DNA of 64,000 nt from NCBI GenBank assembly GCA_017416805.1, contig JAFQBB010000030.1, forward strand, positions 16,341-80,340. Reading direction: 5' to 3'. The notes below the pieces were generated by a model. It saw only the letters and a program-made list of their open reading frames with translations. It was not told where the DNA came from and did not search any database. Every line of letters starts with the position of its first letter. Position 1 is the first letter of the stretch. Source of the stretch: Bacteroidaceae bacterium (GTDB lineage Bacteria > Bacteroidota > Bacteroidia > Bacteroidales > Bacteroidaceae). The translations under genes and the position numbers were made by a program. Below, piece after piece: positions 29,891 through 41,145 of the stretch.

Positions 29891-30979
29891 TTATTTTTCT
29901 ACACCGAACTTGTAGATAGTACGTTGTGTATAAGTTTCACCCGGATTCAGTACCACACTGGGGAAGTGTCCCTTGTTAGGGGTGTCGGGGAAATGCTGTG
30001 CTTCGAAGCAGATGGCCGAGCGGGCAGGGAAGGTGGCACCGTGTGCGCCTTCGAATCCGTTGTGCCAGTTTGCTGTATATACCTGAACACCAGGTTCTGT
30101 GGTGTAAACTTCCATCACGCGGCCGCTGATAGGTTCTACACATTTGGCAGCAAAGGTCAGTTCGCCCGGCTCTTTCTTGTTCAGCACGTAGCAGTGGTCA
30201 TATCCTACACCATAAATCAACTGTTGGAACTTCTCGTCGATACGGCTTCCTACAGTGTGTGGTGTGCGGAAATCCATCGGTGTGCCTTCTACTGGAGCAA
30301 TTTCACCGGTAGGGATAGACACTTCGTCAACTGGTGTGTACCAGTCGGCATTGATGGTGACGATGTTGTTATCTACGGTAGCTGTTGGGTTGGCTAATCC
30401 CGAAAGACTGAAAAAGCCGTGGTGTGTCATGTTGACGATTGTCTTCTTGTCTGTGGTTCCCTTGTAGTCAATGATGAGTTCGTTTTCATCAGTGAATGTG
30501 AAGGTTACAGTCATCTGCAGGTTGCCGGGGAATCCCTCTTCACCATCGGCTGACAAGTAGTTCATCACTACGGTCTGTGCATCTGTCTGTTCGGCATCCC
30601 ACACACGGGCATGATATCCGGTCGGGCCTCCGTGCAGGTGGTTGGGACCGTTGTTCACTGCCAGTTGGTATTCCTTGCCGTCGAGGTTGAATTTACCGCC
30701 TGCGATACGGTTACCATAGCGGCCAATCAATGTGCTGAGGAAAGGCTCGTGGCTGTTCACTACATGATCGATAGAGTCATGTCCTTGTACCACATTGGCA
30801 TGTTTGCCATTTTTATCAGGCACCATGATACTTAAAAGGGCACCGCCATAATTGGTCAATGCCACTTCATTGCCACATTTGTTCTTCAAGATGAACAAAT
30901 CGGTCTTCTTGCCTGCTATCTCTTTTTGGAAATCTTCGCGCTTCAAGCCCGAGAGATTGTTTTCTACAAAGTATTCCAT
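29891..30979 (-). CDS. Aldose 1-epimerase (mutarotase), cytoplasmic paralog
   Basis: GRYGNRI, HLHGGPTGY and NMTHHGFFSL motifs. No signal peptide. Confidence 0.85.
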   Translation of the reverse strand: MEYFVENNLSGLKREDFQKEIAGKKTDLFILKNKCGNEVALTNYGGALLSIMVPDKNGKHANVVQGHDSIDHVVNSHEPFLSTLIGRYGNRIAGGKFNLDGKEYQLAVNNGPNHLHGGPTGYHARVWDAEQTDAQTVVMNYLSADGEEGFPGNLQMTVTFTFTDENELIIDYKGTTDKKTIVNMTHHGFFSLSGLANPTATVDNNIVTINADWYTPVDEVSIPTGEIAPVEGTPMDFRTPHTVGSRIDEKFQQLIYGVGYDHCYVLNKKEPGELTFAAKCVEPISGRVMEVYTTEPGVQVYTANWHNGFEGAHGATFPARSAICFEAQHFPDTPNKGHFPSVVLNPGETYTQRTIYKFGVEK

Positions 30980-31100
30980 GATCGGTTAATTTTATAGGTT
31001 TTTGAAATTTCATGCAAATAAAATCAAAAACATTGGTATGAGCAAACGTTTCAATGGAAATTTGTAGCAATTGAGATTATTTTTTTTCTATTTTGCCATT

Positions 31101-32408
31101 TTATGATATGTTTGGATTCAACTTGTCTTTTTGGCTGAGCAGGTCGGCTACGATGAAACTGCTTCCGCCTACAAATATCAAATCATCCTCTTCGGCTTCT
31201 TCGAGGGCTGTTTTTGTGGCTGTCACCACATCGGTATAGCTTCTTCCTTGCAGGAGGTGTTCTTTCCCCAGTGCTTCCAGTTGTTTTTCATCCATAGCCC
31301 GTTTGACCGATGCTTTGGTGAAATAATAGATGGCATCTTTGGGTAGCATTGCCAAGACACCGTTTACGTCCTTGTCATTGACCATACCCATCACGATGCG
31401 GAGATTTCTGTATGACTGCTGCTCCAGTTGGTTGACAATATAACTTATTCCTCCCACATTGTGTCCTGTGTCACATATCAGGGTGGGGGATTCGTTCAGC
31501 TTTTGCCAGCGTCCCATCAGGCCTGTCAGAGCACACACGTTGGCAAAGCCTTTGCGGACATTCTCTTCGCTCAGGTTGTATCCCAATTGGTTCAGCTGGG
31601 CTACAGCCGTCAGTATCGTGTTCGTATTCTTCTCTTGACAGAGACCGCTTAACTCCCCACATAGCTCCTTGTAAGGTTTGGTATTGTAAATCCTTTTATT
31701 GTTAATTGTTGATTCTGATGATATTACAAGGTTTTCTTCATCTGATAATGTAATTGGGGCATTGACATCTTTGGCTTGTTTGATGAAGACGGGACGTGTT
31801 TCATCCGTACATTCTCCTATCACTACGGGAACACCTTTTTTGATGATTCCGGCCTTCTCCGAAGCAATTTTTGCCAGTGTGTTTCCTAAGAATTGTGTGT
31901 GGTCAAAACTGATGTTGGTGATGATGCTCAGGTCAGGTGTAATGATGTTGGTGCAGTCCAATCGGCCACCCAATCCGACTTCGATGACGGCTACATCCAC
32001 TTTGCTTTCTGCAAAATAGTTGAAAGCCATAGCCGTAGTCAGTTCAAAGAATGAGGGGTGTAGCGGTTCAAAAAAGTTCCGATGCTCTTCAACGAAGCGG
32101 ATTACATACTCTTGCGGAACCATCTCTCCATTCACCCGTATGCGTTCACGGAAGTCCACAAGGTGAGGCGAAGTATAAAGGCCTACATTGTATCCTGCCG
32201 ATTGGAGAATTGCGGCTAAAGTGTGTGAACATGAACCTTTTCCATTGGTTCCACCCACATGGATGGTGCGGAAGTTACGGTGTGGATGTCCGAAGTATTC
32301 ATCAAGTTTGTGTGTATTTGATAATCCTTCCTTGTAAGCATCGCCTCCTATGTTTTGGAAAAGCGGTGCACTGTTGAACAGGTATTCAATGGTTTCTTGG
32401 TAAGTCAT
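31101..32408 (-). CDS. folC: Bifunctional folylpolyglutamate synthase/dihydrofolate synthase
   Basis: P-loop GGTNGKGS and Mur-ligase-like architecture. 435 aa. Confidence 0.9.
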   Translation of the reverse strand: MTYQETIEYLFNSAPLFQNIGGDAYKEGLSNTHKLDEYFGHPHRNFRTIHVGGTNGKGSCSHTLAAILQSAGYNVGLYTSPHLVDFRERIRVNGEMVPQEYVIRFVEEHRNFFEPLHPSFFELTTAMAFNYFAESKVDVAVIEVGLGGRLDCTNIITPDLSIITNISFDHTQFLGNTLAKIASEKAGIIKKGVPVVIGECTDETRPVFIKQAKDVNAPITLSDEENLVISSESTINNKRIYNTKPYKELCGELSGLCQEKNTNTILTAVAQLNQLGYNLSEENVRKGFANVCALTGLMGRWQKLNESPTLICDTGHNVGGISYIVNQLEQQSYRNLRIVMGMVNDKDVNGVLAMLPKDAIYYFTKASVKRAMDEKQLEALGKEHLLQGRSYTDVVTATKTALEEAEEDDLIFVGGSSFIVADLLSQKDKLNPNIS

Positions 32409-32425
32409 GTATCCTTCTATTGTTT

Positions 32426-32572
32426 AGGTACGGATTACGCGGATTACACGGATTCGTCTTTAGACAATAGATATTCTTAGAGTCTATTATGCAAAAGGAA
32501 AAAGCTACTTATATCCTTATACCCTTATGCTCTTGTTTTTCTTAAATCTGTGTAATCCGCGTAATCCGTGCC
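32426..32572. repeat. GATTACRCGG-word hairpin element filling the folC-dnaJ gap
   Basis: GGTACGGATTACGCGGATTACACGGATT (32427-32454) against AAATCTGTGTAATCCGCGTAATCCGTGCC (32544-32572). About 90 nt centre. Confidence 0.9.
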
Positions 32573-32600
32573 AGATATCTGTAGTCTTTACTTAAAGCTT

Positions 32601-33758
32601 TTATTCAAAATAACTTTTGAACTTTCTGAAAATCTTTTCTTTAATGCTCAGATTGGGAGTGAAATTGTCAGAACTTTGCATCTTTTCGATGGCATTCTTT
32701 TCATCCTTAGACAATGTTTCGGGTACATATACGCTGATGTTTACCAAAAGGTCTCCCATGCCATAACCATTTACATTAGGTAATCCTTTGGCGCGCAGGC
32801 GCAGAACTTTTCCTGGTTGTGTACCTGGTTCTATCTTTACTTTTACTTTTCCATCGATGGTGGGGATTTCTACGGCTCCTCCCAATGCGGCAGTGGGGAA
32901 ACTTAAAAGCAAATTGTATATAAGGTCATCTTCTTGACGGATAAGTTCCTGGTTGGGTTCTTCTTCTATCTGAATCAGTAAGTCGCCGGGTACACCATTG
33001 TGTTTTCCTGCATTTCCTTTACCGCTCATTGAAAGTTGCATACCTTCAGCCACCCCTTTGGGAATTTTTACTTCTACCACTTCTTCGCCATATACGATAC
33101 CTTCACCTCCACAATGCTTGCATTTGTTTTTGATGATTTTTCCTTCACCTCCACATTGTGGGCAAACGCTTTGTGTCTGCATCATGCCAAAGATACTTTG
33201 TTGGGTACGTGTCACACTTCCTGTACCATGGCAAGTGGGACATGTTTCCGTACCTCCGCTTCCCTCTGCTCCACTTCCATGACAATGGTCGCAGGTGACG
33301 TACTTCTTCAGTTTGAATTTTTTCTCAGACCCGGTAAGAATTTCTTTCAGGTTGAGCCGTACTTTTACGCGCAAATCAGAGCCTCTGTATCTGCGTTGGC
33401 GTTGCTGGCCGCCACCGCCAAATCCGCCAAATCCGCCGAAGCCTCCACGCCCTCCGAATACATCTCCGAACATGGAGAATATATCGTCCATGGACATGCC
33501 TTGCCCGTTGAATCCGCCAAATCCACCGGCTCCTCCTACGGCATCAAATCCTCCCTGATCGTATCGTGCACGTTTTTGTGGGTCGTGCAAGACATCGTAG
33601 GCTTCTGCTGCTTCCTTGAACTTCTCTTCGGCATCCTTGTCATCAGGGTTACGGTCAGGATGGTATTTGATAGCCAACTTTTTGTAGGCTTTCTTTATTT
33701 CGTCTTCAGTGGCGGTTTTGCTTACACCTAATACTTCGTAGTAATCTCTTTTTGCCAT
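32601..33758 (-). CDS. dnaJ: Molecular chaperone DnaJ
   Basis: J domain ([13 protein letters not shown]), Gly-rich linker, four CxxCxGxG zinc-finger repeats. Confidence 0.97.
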   Translation of the reverse strand: MAKRDYYEVLGVSKTATEDEIKKAYKKLAIKYHPDRNPDDKDAEEKFKEAAEAYDVLHDPQKRARYDQGGFDAVGGAGGFGGFNGQGMSMDDIFSMFGDVFGGRGGFGGFGGFGGGGQQRQRRYRGSDLRVKVRLNLKEILTGSEKKFKLKKYVTCDHCHGSGAEGSGGTETCPTCHGTGSVTRTQQSIFGMMQTQSVCPQCGGEGKIIKNKCKHCGGEGIVYGEEVVEVKIPKGVAEGMQLSMSGKGNAGKHNGVPGDLLIQIEEEPNQELIRQEDDLIYNLLLSFPTAALGGAVEIPTIDGKVKVKIEPGTQPGKVLRLRAKGLPNVNGYGMGDLLVNISVYVPETLSKDEKNAIEKMQSSDNFTPNLSIKEKIFRKFKSYFE

Positions 33759-33784
33759 TTTTTTTGAAGATTATTTGTTTTTAT

Positions 33785-33947
33785 GGATTTAAAGGGGTTA
33801 TCGCTTCGCAAGGAGTTATCGGCCCGATGAGCTTAGGAGTTAGAGCTAAATGTGCTGCTTGCATGATAGCTTTACTATTGGTTAGCAGGCTTTGCCTGCG
33901 ATAACTCCTAACGAGCAAAGCGAGTGATAACTTCTTTAACTCCTTTG
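33785..33947. repeat. GGAGTTAAAGGAGTTATC-family composite hairpin element, copy 1 (fills the grpE-dnaJ gap)
   Basis: Arms GTTATCGCTTCGCAAGGAGTTATCGG... and ...CGATAACTCCTAACGAGCAAAGCGAGTGATAAC. The core is the reverse complement of the core at 52470-52520. Confidence 0.9.
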
Positions 33948-33949
33948 TT

Positions 33950-34591
33950 TCACTGTCCCACCACAACCTTTGCATGGCGGATAACCTTGTCATTCAACTG
34001 GTATCCGGTTTGCACGCAATCCAGAATTTTGCCTTTCAGTTCATCTGTCGGTGCCGGTACTAAGGCTATAGCTTCATGAAAGTCTGTGTTGAAATCTGCT
34101 TCTTGGGTTTCAATTTTGTTTAATCCTTCTTGTTGCAGGGTCTTCAGGAATTTGTTGTATATCAGTTCTACTCCATCCTTTAGAGCGCAAATTTCTTCGT
34201 TGTCGCTTTTCATGTTTTGCAGTGCCCGCTCCAAGTCATCAATAATGGGTAGAATAGCGGAAATGGTCTTTTCACCTCCGTTCTTGATGAGTTCTGCTTT
34301 CTCTTTCAACGTGCGTTTGCGGTAATTGTCAAATTCAGCAGCTTGACGCAGAATCTGGTCTTGTTGGGCTGCAATTTTTTCTTCGCAGGCAATCAGTTGT
34401 TGTTGCATCTGCTCTTCAGGTGTCAGTTCTTTCTTTTCGGTTTCCTCGGTAGCTTCCTTGTCTGTCAGGTTTTCACCTGCTACAGTTTCCTCGGTAGCTT
34501 GTTCGTTCAGTTCCTCCTGTTGCACCTTTTTTTCCTCTGTCTGATTCATGCTATGAGAATTCTTTTTGTTGTTCTTATGTCTCTTTTTCAT
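33950..34591 (-). CDS. grpE: Nucleotide exchange factor GrpE
   Basis: Acidic N-terminal region, then FDNYRKR and the C-terminal GYQLNDKVIRHAKVVV. The start may be the internal Met at 34549. Confidence 0.9.
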   Translation of the reverse strand: MKKRHKNNKKNSHSMNQTEEKKVQQEELNEQATEETVAGENLTDKEATEETEKKELTPEEQMQQQLIACEEKIAAQQDQILRQAAEFDNYRKRTLKEKAELIKNGGEKTISAILPIIDDLERALQNMKSDNEEICALKDGVELIYNKFLKTLQQEGLNKIETQEADFNTDFHEAIALVPAPTDELKGKILDCVQTGYQLNDKVIRHAKVVVGQ

Positions 34592-34750
34592 TGTGGGGTG
34601 GATTTTATAAGTTATTTTTTATCTAACAAATCCTTTGCCATAATGTTCTTCTCGTCAAAATGGATGCAAAATTACTCATTTTCTGCCATACTGGCAATAT
34701 CGTATGACAAGTTTTCCTCTTTTTCTCCTTTCCTTTTCGCTTTTTAGTTG

Positions 34751-34758
34751 TATCTTTG
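34751..34758 (+). promoter_or_regulatory. Candidate -7 box TATCTTTG upstream of the ABC-F gene
   Basis: Matches TAnnTTTG, 90 nt upstream of the ATG at 34848. Confidence 0.4.
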
Positions 34759-34784
34759 CAAACTGAATGGTAGGTGTGTTTTAA

Positions 34785-36467
<1,683 letters not shown>

Positions 36468-36488
36468 AACTCTGAGCAAAACTGAATT

Positions 36489-37112
36489 ATGCAAACCAAT
36501 AAAGAAGTAATAGCCGCTAATAAAGGCAAATTCATTGAACTTTTACAATCTACCGGACGTAAGGGAGTAGATAAAGTCATAACGGTGTTGGAAGAAACGG
36601 GCTTTTTCGAGGCTCCGGCTTCTACCCGCTTCCATTTGTCGTACGAGGGAGGATTGCTTGAGCACTCTTTAGGAGTATGCCGGATAGCATTGATGGTTCG
36701 CAAACAGGTATTGTTGGTAAGACCGGAATTGGAATCCCAACTTTCTACGGAAAGTGTTATTATGACCACCCTTTTGCACGATGTATGTAAAGCAGAAATA
36801 TACAAACGGGCAATTAAGCGACGCAAAAATGAACAAGGTTTTTGGGAGGATTATGAAGGATATGACGTTGATTATTCCAATTTTCCTGTAGGGCATGGCG
36901 AAAAATCGGTAATTGTATTGCTCCAAGCAGGATTGGAACTGACAAAAGAGGAAATTTTGGCTATCCGTTGGCACATGTCGGCATGGGATCTGCCTTTTCA
37001 AAGCTACGAATTGATGGGGTCTCTCAATGCGGCACGCGAAAAAACTCCTTTAATAGGCATTTTGCAAGCGGCTGATGGACTTGCTGCCAATGTGTTGGAA
37101 ACCACAAAATGA
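36489..37112 (+). CDS. HD-domain phosphohydrolase
   Basis: EHSLGV ... LLHDVCK (His...His-Asp metal ligands). 207 aa. Confidence 0.7.
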   Translation: MQTNKEVIAANKGKFIELLQSTGRKGVDKVITVLEETGFFEAPASTRFHLSYEGGLLEHSLGVCRIALMVRKQVLLVRPELESQLSTESVIMTTLLHDVCKAEIYKRAIKRRKNEQGFWEDYEGYDVDYSNFPVGHGEKSVIVLLQAGLELTKEEILAIRWHMSAWDLPFQSYELMGSLNAAREKTPLIGILQAADGLAANVLETTK

Positions 37113-37137
37113 CAAATGTCGGTTTTTGCCACTTTCC

Positions 37138-37542
37138 TTAAAGATTTACGATAGCTTTCTTTACCTGTTCATTGCCATAGGTCAGCAGGTCTATGTCTAT
37201 GCGTACAATTCCCTGTGCTTTCTCTTCAGGGAGTCGTCCGCATTCACGCTCGACTTTCTTAAAACATTGGCAGATTTCGTCCCGATTCTTTTGTGTGTGA
37301 AAGGTAGCCTGTTGATTCAGGAATAAAGTTGGATAAGGGAAGTTTACAGGTTCAGTCCATTTGGCTTCTCCCCAACTGATATCAGGTAATAATGCAGTAA
37401 GCATTTTGCGTGCCTTCTCCACATTCTTTTCGGCTTCAGTGTTGCTTCCTAAGCATAGCGTGCAACAGATGCTTTCCATGTCTTTACATTGGGATTTTGA
37501 GAGAGAACAGGTTGTTTGGAGGGAGGATACCGATATTCTCAA
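37138..37542 (-). CDS. HPPK (FolK)-like protein, short form lacking the usual C-terminal third
   Basis: CLGSNTEAEKNVEKA, FLNQQATF, ERECGR and RIDIDLL align by eye with E. coli FolK blocks IGSNL, YLNAAV, ELQQGR and TLDLDIM. The ORF ends about 45 aa before a canonical FolK would. Alternative start at 37479 (MESICC). Confidence 0.45.
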   Translation of the reverse strand: MRISVSSLQTTCSLSKSQCKDMESICCTLCLGSNTEAEKNVEKARKMLTALLPDISWGEAKWTEPVNFPYPTLFLNQQATFHTQKNRDEICQCFKKVERECGRLPEEKAQGIVRIDIDLLTYGNEQVKKAIVNL

Positions 37543-37570
37543 AAAAAAGTCTTATAGGTTCAAATGTAAA

Positions 37571-37628
37571 GTATCTTAAGATAAATGGCCAATTAACTTA
37601 AGATATATGGTCGATTATCTTAAGATAC
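37571..37628. repeat. Three CTTAAGAT motifs at exact 22 bp spacing; the outer copies form the palindrome GTATCTTAAGAT..ATCTTAAGATAC
   Basis: CTTAAGAT at 37575, 37597 and 37619. The first two units read CTTAAGATAAATGG and CTTAAGATATATGG. Confidence 0.9.
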
Positions 37629-37649
37629 TTTTTTAAGGGGCTGTAGTCC

Positions 37650-38081
37650 TTATTCTGCTCCCTCTTCAACCTGTTCCTCTTCAGTAGGTTCATCAAAGTT
37701 GTCCAACCCGTTGTTTACAAGTATATTGTACCAAGTGATGAGTTTCTTGATATCGTTGTTATAGACGCGGTCACGGTCATAGTTGGGAAGTACTGCGGCC
37801 ATGTATTCATGCAGGTCATTGGCGCTGGCTTTCTTTGTATCAATGGTTGCAGGTTTACCTTCTTCTTTGGCTTTTACATTGGCAAAAACTTGACGGAGGG
37901 GAACTTCTTCATCGTCAGTGTACATGGCTATGTCTCCCAATGAAATGACCTTGTCTGTACCGTGTACGGGCAGACGCTTCTTGGTGTTGTCAACAGTTTC
38001 TACAATCAGCATGTTTTTGCCGCGTGAAATTAACTTATATAATCCGGACTTGCCGGAGATAGACAGAATAGTACGTAACAT
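37650..38081 (-). CDS. Conserved Bacteroidetes protein of unknown function (DUF5606-like, from memory)
   Basis: 143 aa. N-terminus MLRTILSISGKSGLYKLISRGKNMLIVE and an acidic C-terminal tail. Coding-like composition. Confidence 0.5.
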   Translation of the reverse strand: MLRTILSISGKSGLYKLISRGKNMLIVETVDNTKKRLPVHGTDKVISLGDIAMYTDDEEVPLRQVFANVKAKEEGKPATIDTKKASANDLHEYMAAVLPNYDRDRVYNNDIKKLITWYNILVNNGLDNFDEPTEEEQVEEGAE

Positions 38082-38148
38082 AATGTCGTTTTCTAAAATA
38101 ATTTAGTTGTTTTATTAAAAATGTGTATATCGTCCGCAAAAGTAACAT

Positions 38149-38748
38149 TCAGCGGGGAATCTTACAAAGTAAATTAGCTAAAATATCCAAAATTTGTGGA
38201 AGAATAGGATGTTTGTCATCATTGATGATTGTGTAGGCGGCCCGTGCTCTCTTTTCTTCGTCGGGCATTTGGCGTTCCATCCGTTGGCGGATGGCGTCAG
38301 CGGATGTGTGGTCGCGTTTTGATGCACGTTTGATTTTCACTTCTTGGGGCGCATATACCGCAATTACTTTATCTGTCAGGTGGTCAAATCCGCTTTCGTA
38401 TAAGATGGCAGATTCAATAGCCACCCATGGGGATTCTTGTCTTTGTTTCCATTGTAAGAAATCTTCTTCGACGTATGGGTGAATGATGGCATTGACCAGT
38501 TTTGTATGCTGTTCGTCCTCAAAAAGATAGCTTGCAAGTAATGGCTTGTTCAAGTATCCTTCTTCTGTATAAACTTTTTCTCCAACCAATATTTTCAAGG
38601 CCTTCCGGATAGCCGGATGTGTGTTGTTCAATCGTTTGGCTTCGTTGTCGGTATTGTATATGGGAATATCCATATTATACAAACATTGTGCCACGACAGA
38701 TTTGCCGCTGCCTATGCCTCCTGTGATGCCTAAGACTTGTGGATTCAT
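38149..38748 (-). CDS. coaE: Dephospho-CoA kinase
   Basis: P-loop GITGGIGSGKS at the N-terminus. 199 aa. Confidence 0.9.
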   Translation of the reverse strand: MNPQVLGITGGIGSGKSVVAQCLYNMDIPIYNTDNEAKRLNNTHPAIRKALKILVGEKVYTEEGYLNKPLLASYLFEDEQHTKLVNAIIHPYVEEDFLQWKQRQESPWVAIESAILYESGFDHLTDKVIAVYAPQEVKIKRASKRDHTSADAIRQRMERQMPDEEKRARAAYTIINDDKHPILPQILDILANLLCKIPR

Positions 38749-38760
38749 CTTTTTCTGTAA

Positions 38761-39768
38761 TCAAAAGTTGATATCTTCTATCAGATATTCAACATCCTTT
38801 GGGGTTATACGGGCATGGTTGATTACGGCAGGTTTTCTTGTGATGCGTAATGGAATCCTGTCCGATTTCAGTTCTTCCAACTCATTATAGGAAATTTCGA
38901 TAGCGAAATCTTCGGCATTGATTTGCTTGAATTGGTGTCTGCCGACTTGAAAAGTGATATTCGCTTTAGTGGGGAAAGTCTTTAAGGTTTTGTTGGAAGG
39001 GAAATTGACTCCTCGGATTGGTACAGAAACGGTTTTCTCTGTAAGGATATCTGCGTAGAAGTCTATATTGACTTGGGAAGGAATGAACTTCACTCCTTTA
39101 ATAGCCTTTATTTGAGCCGTATGGTGTATGGTGTCTATAACGGATGTAAGTCTTAATTTTTCAGTGTATGCAACCTTTATAGTGTCAAGAATGTGTTGTG
39201 GGGCATAGGCCGTAACGGAGTCAGGGGTAATGCTTTTTCCTGCTATATAGTATTGTTTTTCAGCGGTCACATCACCTTGGATTTGCACAGGGATTTTCTT
39301 CCATATCCCTTCTGTATAAATCAATTCAAGTGTGTCAGGAGTAATTTCCTTCAATTTGGTAGAGGTGGAGAGTTGGCTTAGGATTTTCTTTTCCAGATTG
39401 CTTGAAAGAATCCGGATGTGATTCCCTTTTTGTTGGTAATCATTAAAATCGAGGGTAAGTGGGACAAAACCCTGTCCAAAAAGATAGTTGACAAGTACCG
39501 TCCCACGATCTTCAATGCGAAGATTGAGGTGTGATGGTATTTCGTTGGTCATCACTACATTCTCGGGAATATTCTTCATTTTCAGAGGGATTGAAACCTC
39601 GGTTTCGTAATTGTCATTTAAAGTATGAAGGGTCCAAAATGTCAGTGCTATGACTACGAAGAAAAGAAAAAGCAGGAACTCTCTGCTTTGGGGGCTTTTC
39701 AGAAAGTTCCTGACGGTATCTTTAACCAAAGGGTATAATTCCTGTATCTTTTTAATAGGGAATTTCAT
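38761..39768 (-). CDS. Membrane-anchored protein with YbbR-like repeats (tentative)
   Basis: One N-terminal TM segment (FLLFLFFVVIALTFW), then repeated beta-rich modules. Holds the conserved yajC-coaE neighbourhood position seen in Bacteroidales. Confidence 0.45.
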   Translation of the reverse strand: MKFPIKKIQELYPLVKDTVRNFLKSPQSREFLLFLFFVVIALTFWTLHTLNDNYETEVSIPLKMKNIPENVVMTNEIPSHLNLRIEDRGTVLVNYLFGQGFVPLTLDFNDYQQKGNHIRILSSNLEKKILSQLSTSTKLKEITPDTLELIYTEGIWKKIPVQIQGDVTAEKQYYIAGKSITPDSVTAYAPQHILDTIKVAYTEKLRLTSVIDTIHHTAQIKAIKGVKFIPSQVNIDFYADILTEKTVSVPIRGVNFPSNKTLKTFPTKANITFQVGRHQFKQINAEDFAIEISYNELEELKSDRIPLRITRKPAVINHARITPKDVEYLIEDINF

Positions 39769-39774
39769 TTTGGC

Positions 39775-40089
39775 TTAGTTGTTGGCTCCATTTTGTTGTG
39801 CATTGGCATAAATGGAATTGCGGTCAATCTTGATTTTTACACCAGAGGCAATTTCCAATGTTACTGTTGTAACGTCCAATTCCTTGATTTTTCCATAAAT
39901 GCCGCCAGCGGTAATCACCTCTTGACCTATAGTCAGGTTGTTGCGGAAGTTCATAATCTCTTTTTGCTTCTTTTGTTGTGGGCGAATCATGAAAAAATAC
40001 ATGATAGCAAAAATGGCTATCATCATAACAATCATGGACATACCACCGCCACCGGCGTTGGCTTGAAGTAGAACTGCAAGAACGTTCAT
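39775..40089 (-). CDS. yajC: Preprotein translocase subunit YajC
   Basis: 104 aa. One TM segment followed by FFMIRPQQKKQKE and GDEVITAGGIYGKI-like GQEVITAGGIYGKI. Confidence 0.9.
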   Translation of the reverse strand: MNVLAVLLQANAGGGGMSMIVMMIAIFAIMYFFMIRPQQKKQKEIMNFRNNLTIGQEVITAGGIYGKIKELDVTTVTLEIASGVKIKIDRNSIYANAQQNGANN

Positions 40090-40157
40090 AGTTTTGATAT
40101 TTTTTTTATTAGGTTAGGAAAAAATTTTTTCTCTGTAGGATAGCAAAAATCAAGCTG

Positions 40158-41084
40158 TTAATTCTTCATGAGTTTGCCCTCTTTTTGCAACTGCTTGACT
40201 ATAGTGTCCAATATTCCGTTGATGAAGCCTGGGCTTTTCGGTGTACTGTAAAGTCTGGATATATCCAAGAACTCGTTGAGGGTGACACTGATGGGGATGT
40301 TGGGGAATGAAGTGATTTCGGCTAAAGCTATCTGCATGATGAGAATGTCCATGAATGTCACTCGCTTCAGTTCCCAATTGCGCGTGTTTTCGCTCATCAG
40401 GTGGCGGTAATAATCCGCATTCAGGATAGCTCTGCGGAACAGGCGGCGGGCATAGTCGCGATCCTCTTCATCCTTGAATTCGGGCAACAGTTCCTGCTTT
40501 GAGCCGTTTGCTTCGTCAAACCGTTTGATGGTTTTCAGAACGAACGTGTCAACAATCTCTTTGTCGTCATTCCAATAGAGACTCTGCTCTTCCAATAACT
40601 GGTCAAGTTCCTCGTTGTTGAATATCAGGTTCTTGTATATTTTTCGCCATACTTCGCGGTCTTCAGCATAGCTACTTGTATCTGCTTCCATATATTCCTT
40701 ATATATGTTGCTTTCTACAATTTTGGTGTACATTTTCTTGATGAATTCTTCTTCGTTGTCCCACGTCTTCTTTTGATTTTCAACAAAGAAGTTCAATTGT
40801 TTGTTCACCTCCAATTGGGCGATGAAACGATTTTCTACGAATTTCATGTTAGGAGCCAATTCCTCTTTAGTGGGGCGTAGTTTGGCTTTTCCCATCTCTA
40901 TTCGTTTGTGGGCATATCGGGTCACGGCTACCATCAGGAGCAGCAGGTAATTATAAAGGTCGTATGCTTTTGACAGGCTGAAGAACAATTCCTTTTCGGC
41001 GGTATCCAGATTTTTGCCTCCGTTTTGGTAATATGCGTAGAGAATTTGTACAATCTTCAGTCGGATGAGAATTCTGTTAATCAT
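40158..41084 (-). CDS. nusB: Transcription antitermination factor NusB (long Bacteroidetes form)
   Basis: The C-terminal NusB core ends in SPGFINGILDTIVKQL. 308 aa, as in Bacteroidetes NusB. Confidence 0.8.
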   Translation of the reverse strand: MINRILIRLKIVQILYAYYQNGGKNLDTAEKELFFSLSKAYDLYNYLLLLMVAVTRYAHKRIEMGKAKLRPTKEELAPNMKFVENRFIAQLEVNKQLNFFVENQKKTWDNEEEFIKKMYTKIVESNIYKEYMEADTSSYAEDREVWRKIYKNLIFNNEELDQLLEEQSLYWNDDKEIVDTFVLKTIKRFDEANGSKQELLPEFKDEEDRDYARRLFRRAILNADYYRHLMSENTRNWELKRVTFMDILIMQIALAEITSFPNIPISVTLNEFLDISRLYSTPKSPGFINGILDTIVKQLQKEGKLMKN

Positions 41085-41137
41085 AATATCAATATGTATA
41101 TATCCTAAAATTTTATAGCTTTATCAAAATTGAGTTG

Positions 41138-41145
41138 CAAAAATA
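41138..41145 (-). promoter_or_regulatory. Candidate -7 box (TATTTTTG on the minus strand) for nusB-yajC-...-coaE
   Basis: The plus strand reads CAAAAATA, 54 nt upstream of the nusB start. Confidence 0.4.

Noticed and set aside
33781-33993. 70 aa ORF between dnaJ and grpE, and similar short ORFs over GGAGTTA elements.
   Set aside because: It is encoded entirely by the repeat element, and the equivalent elements elsewhere are in different frames and orientations.
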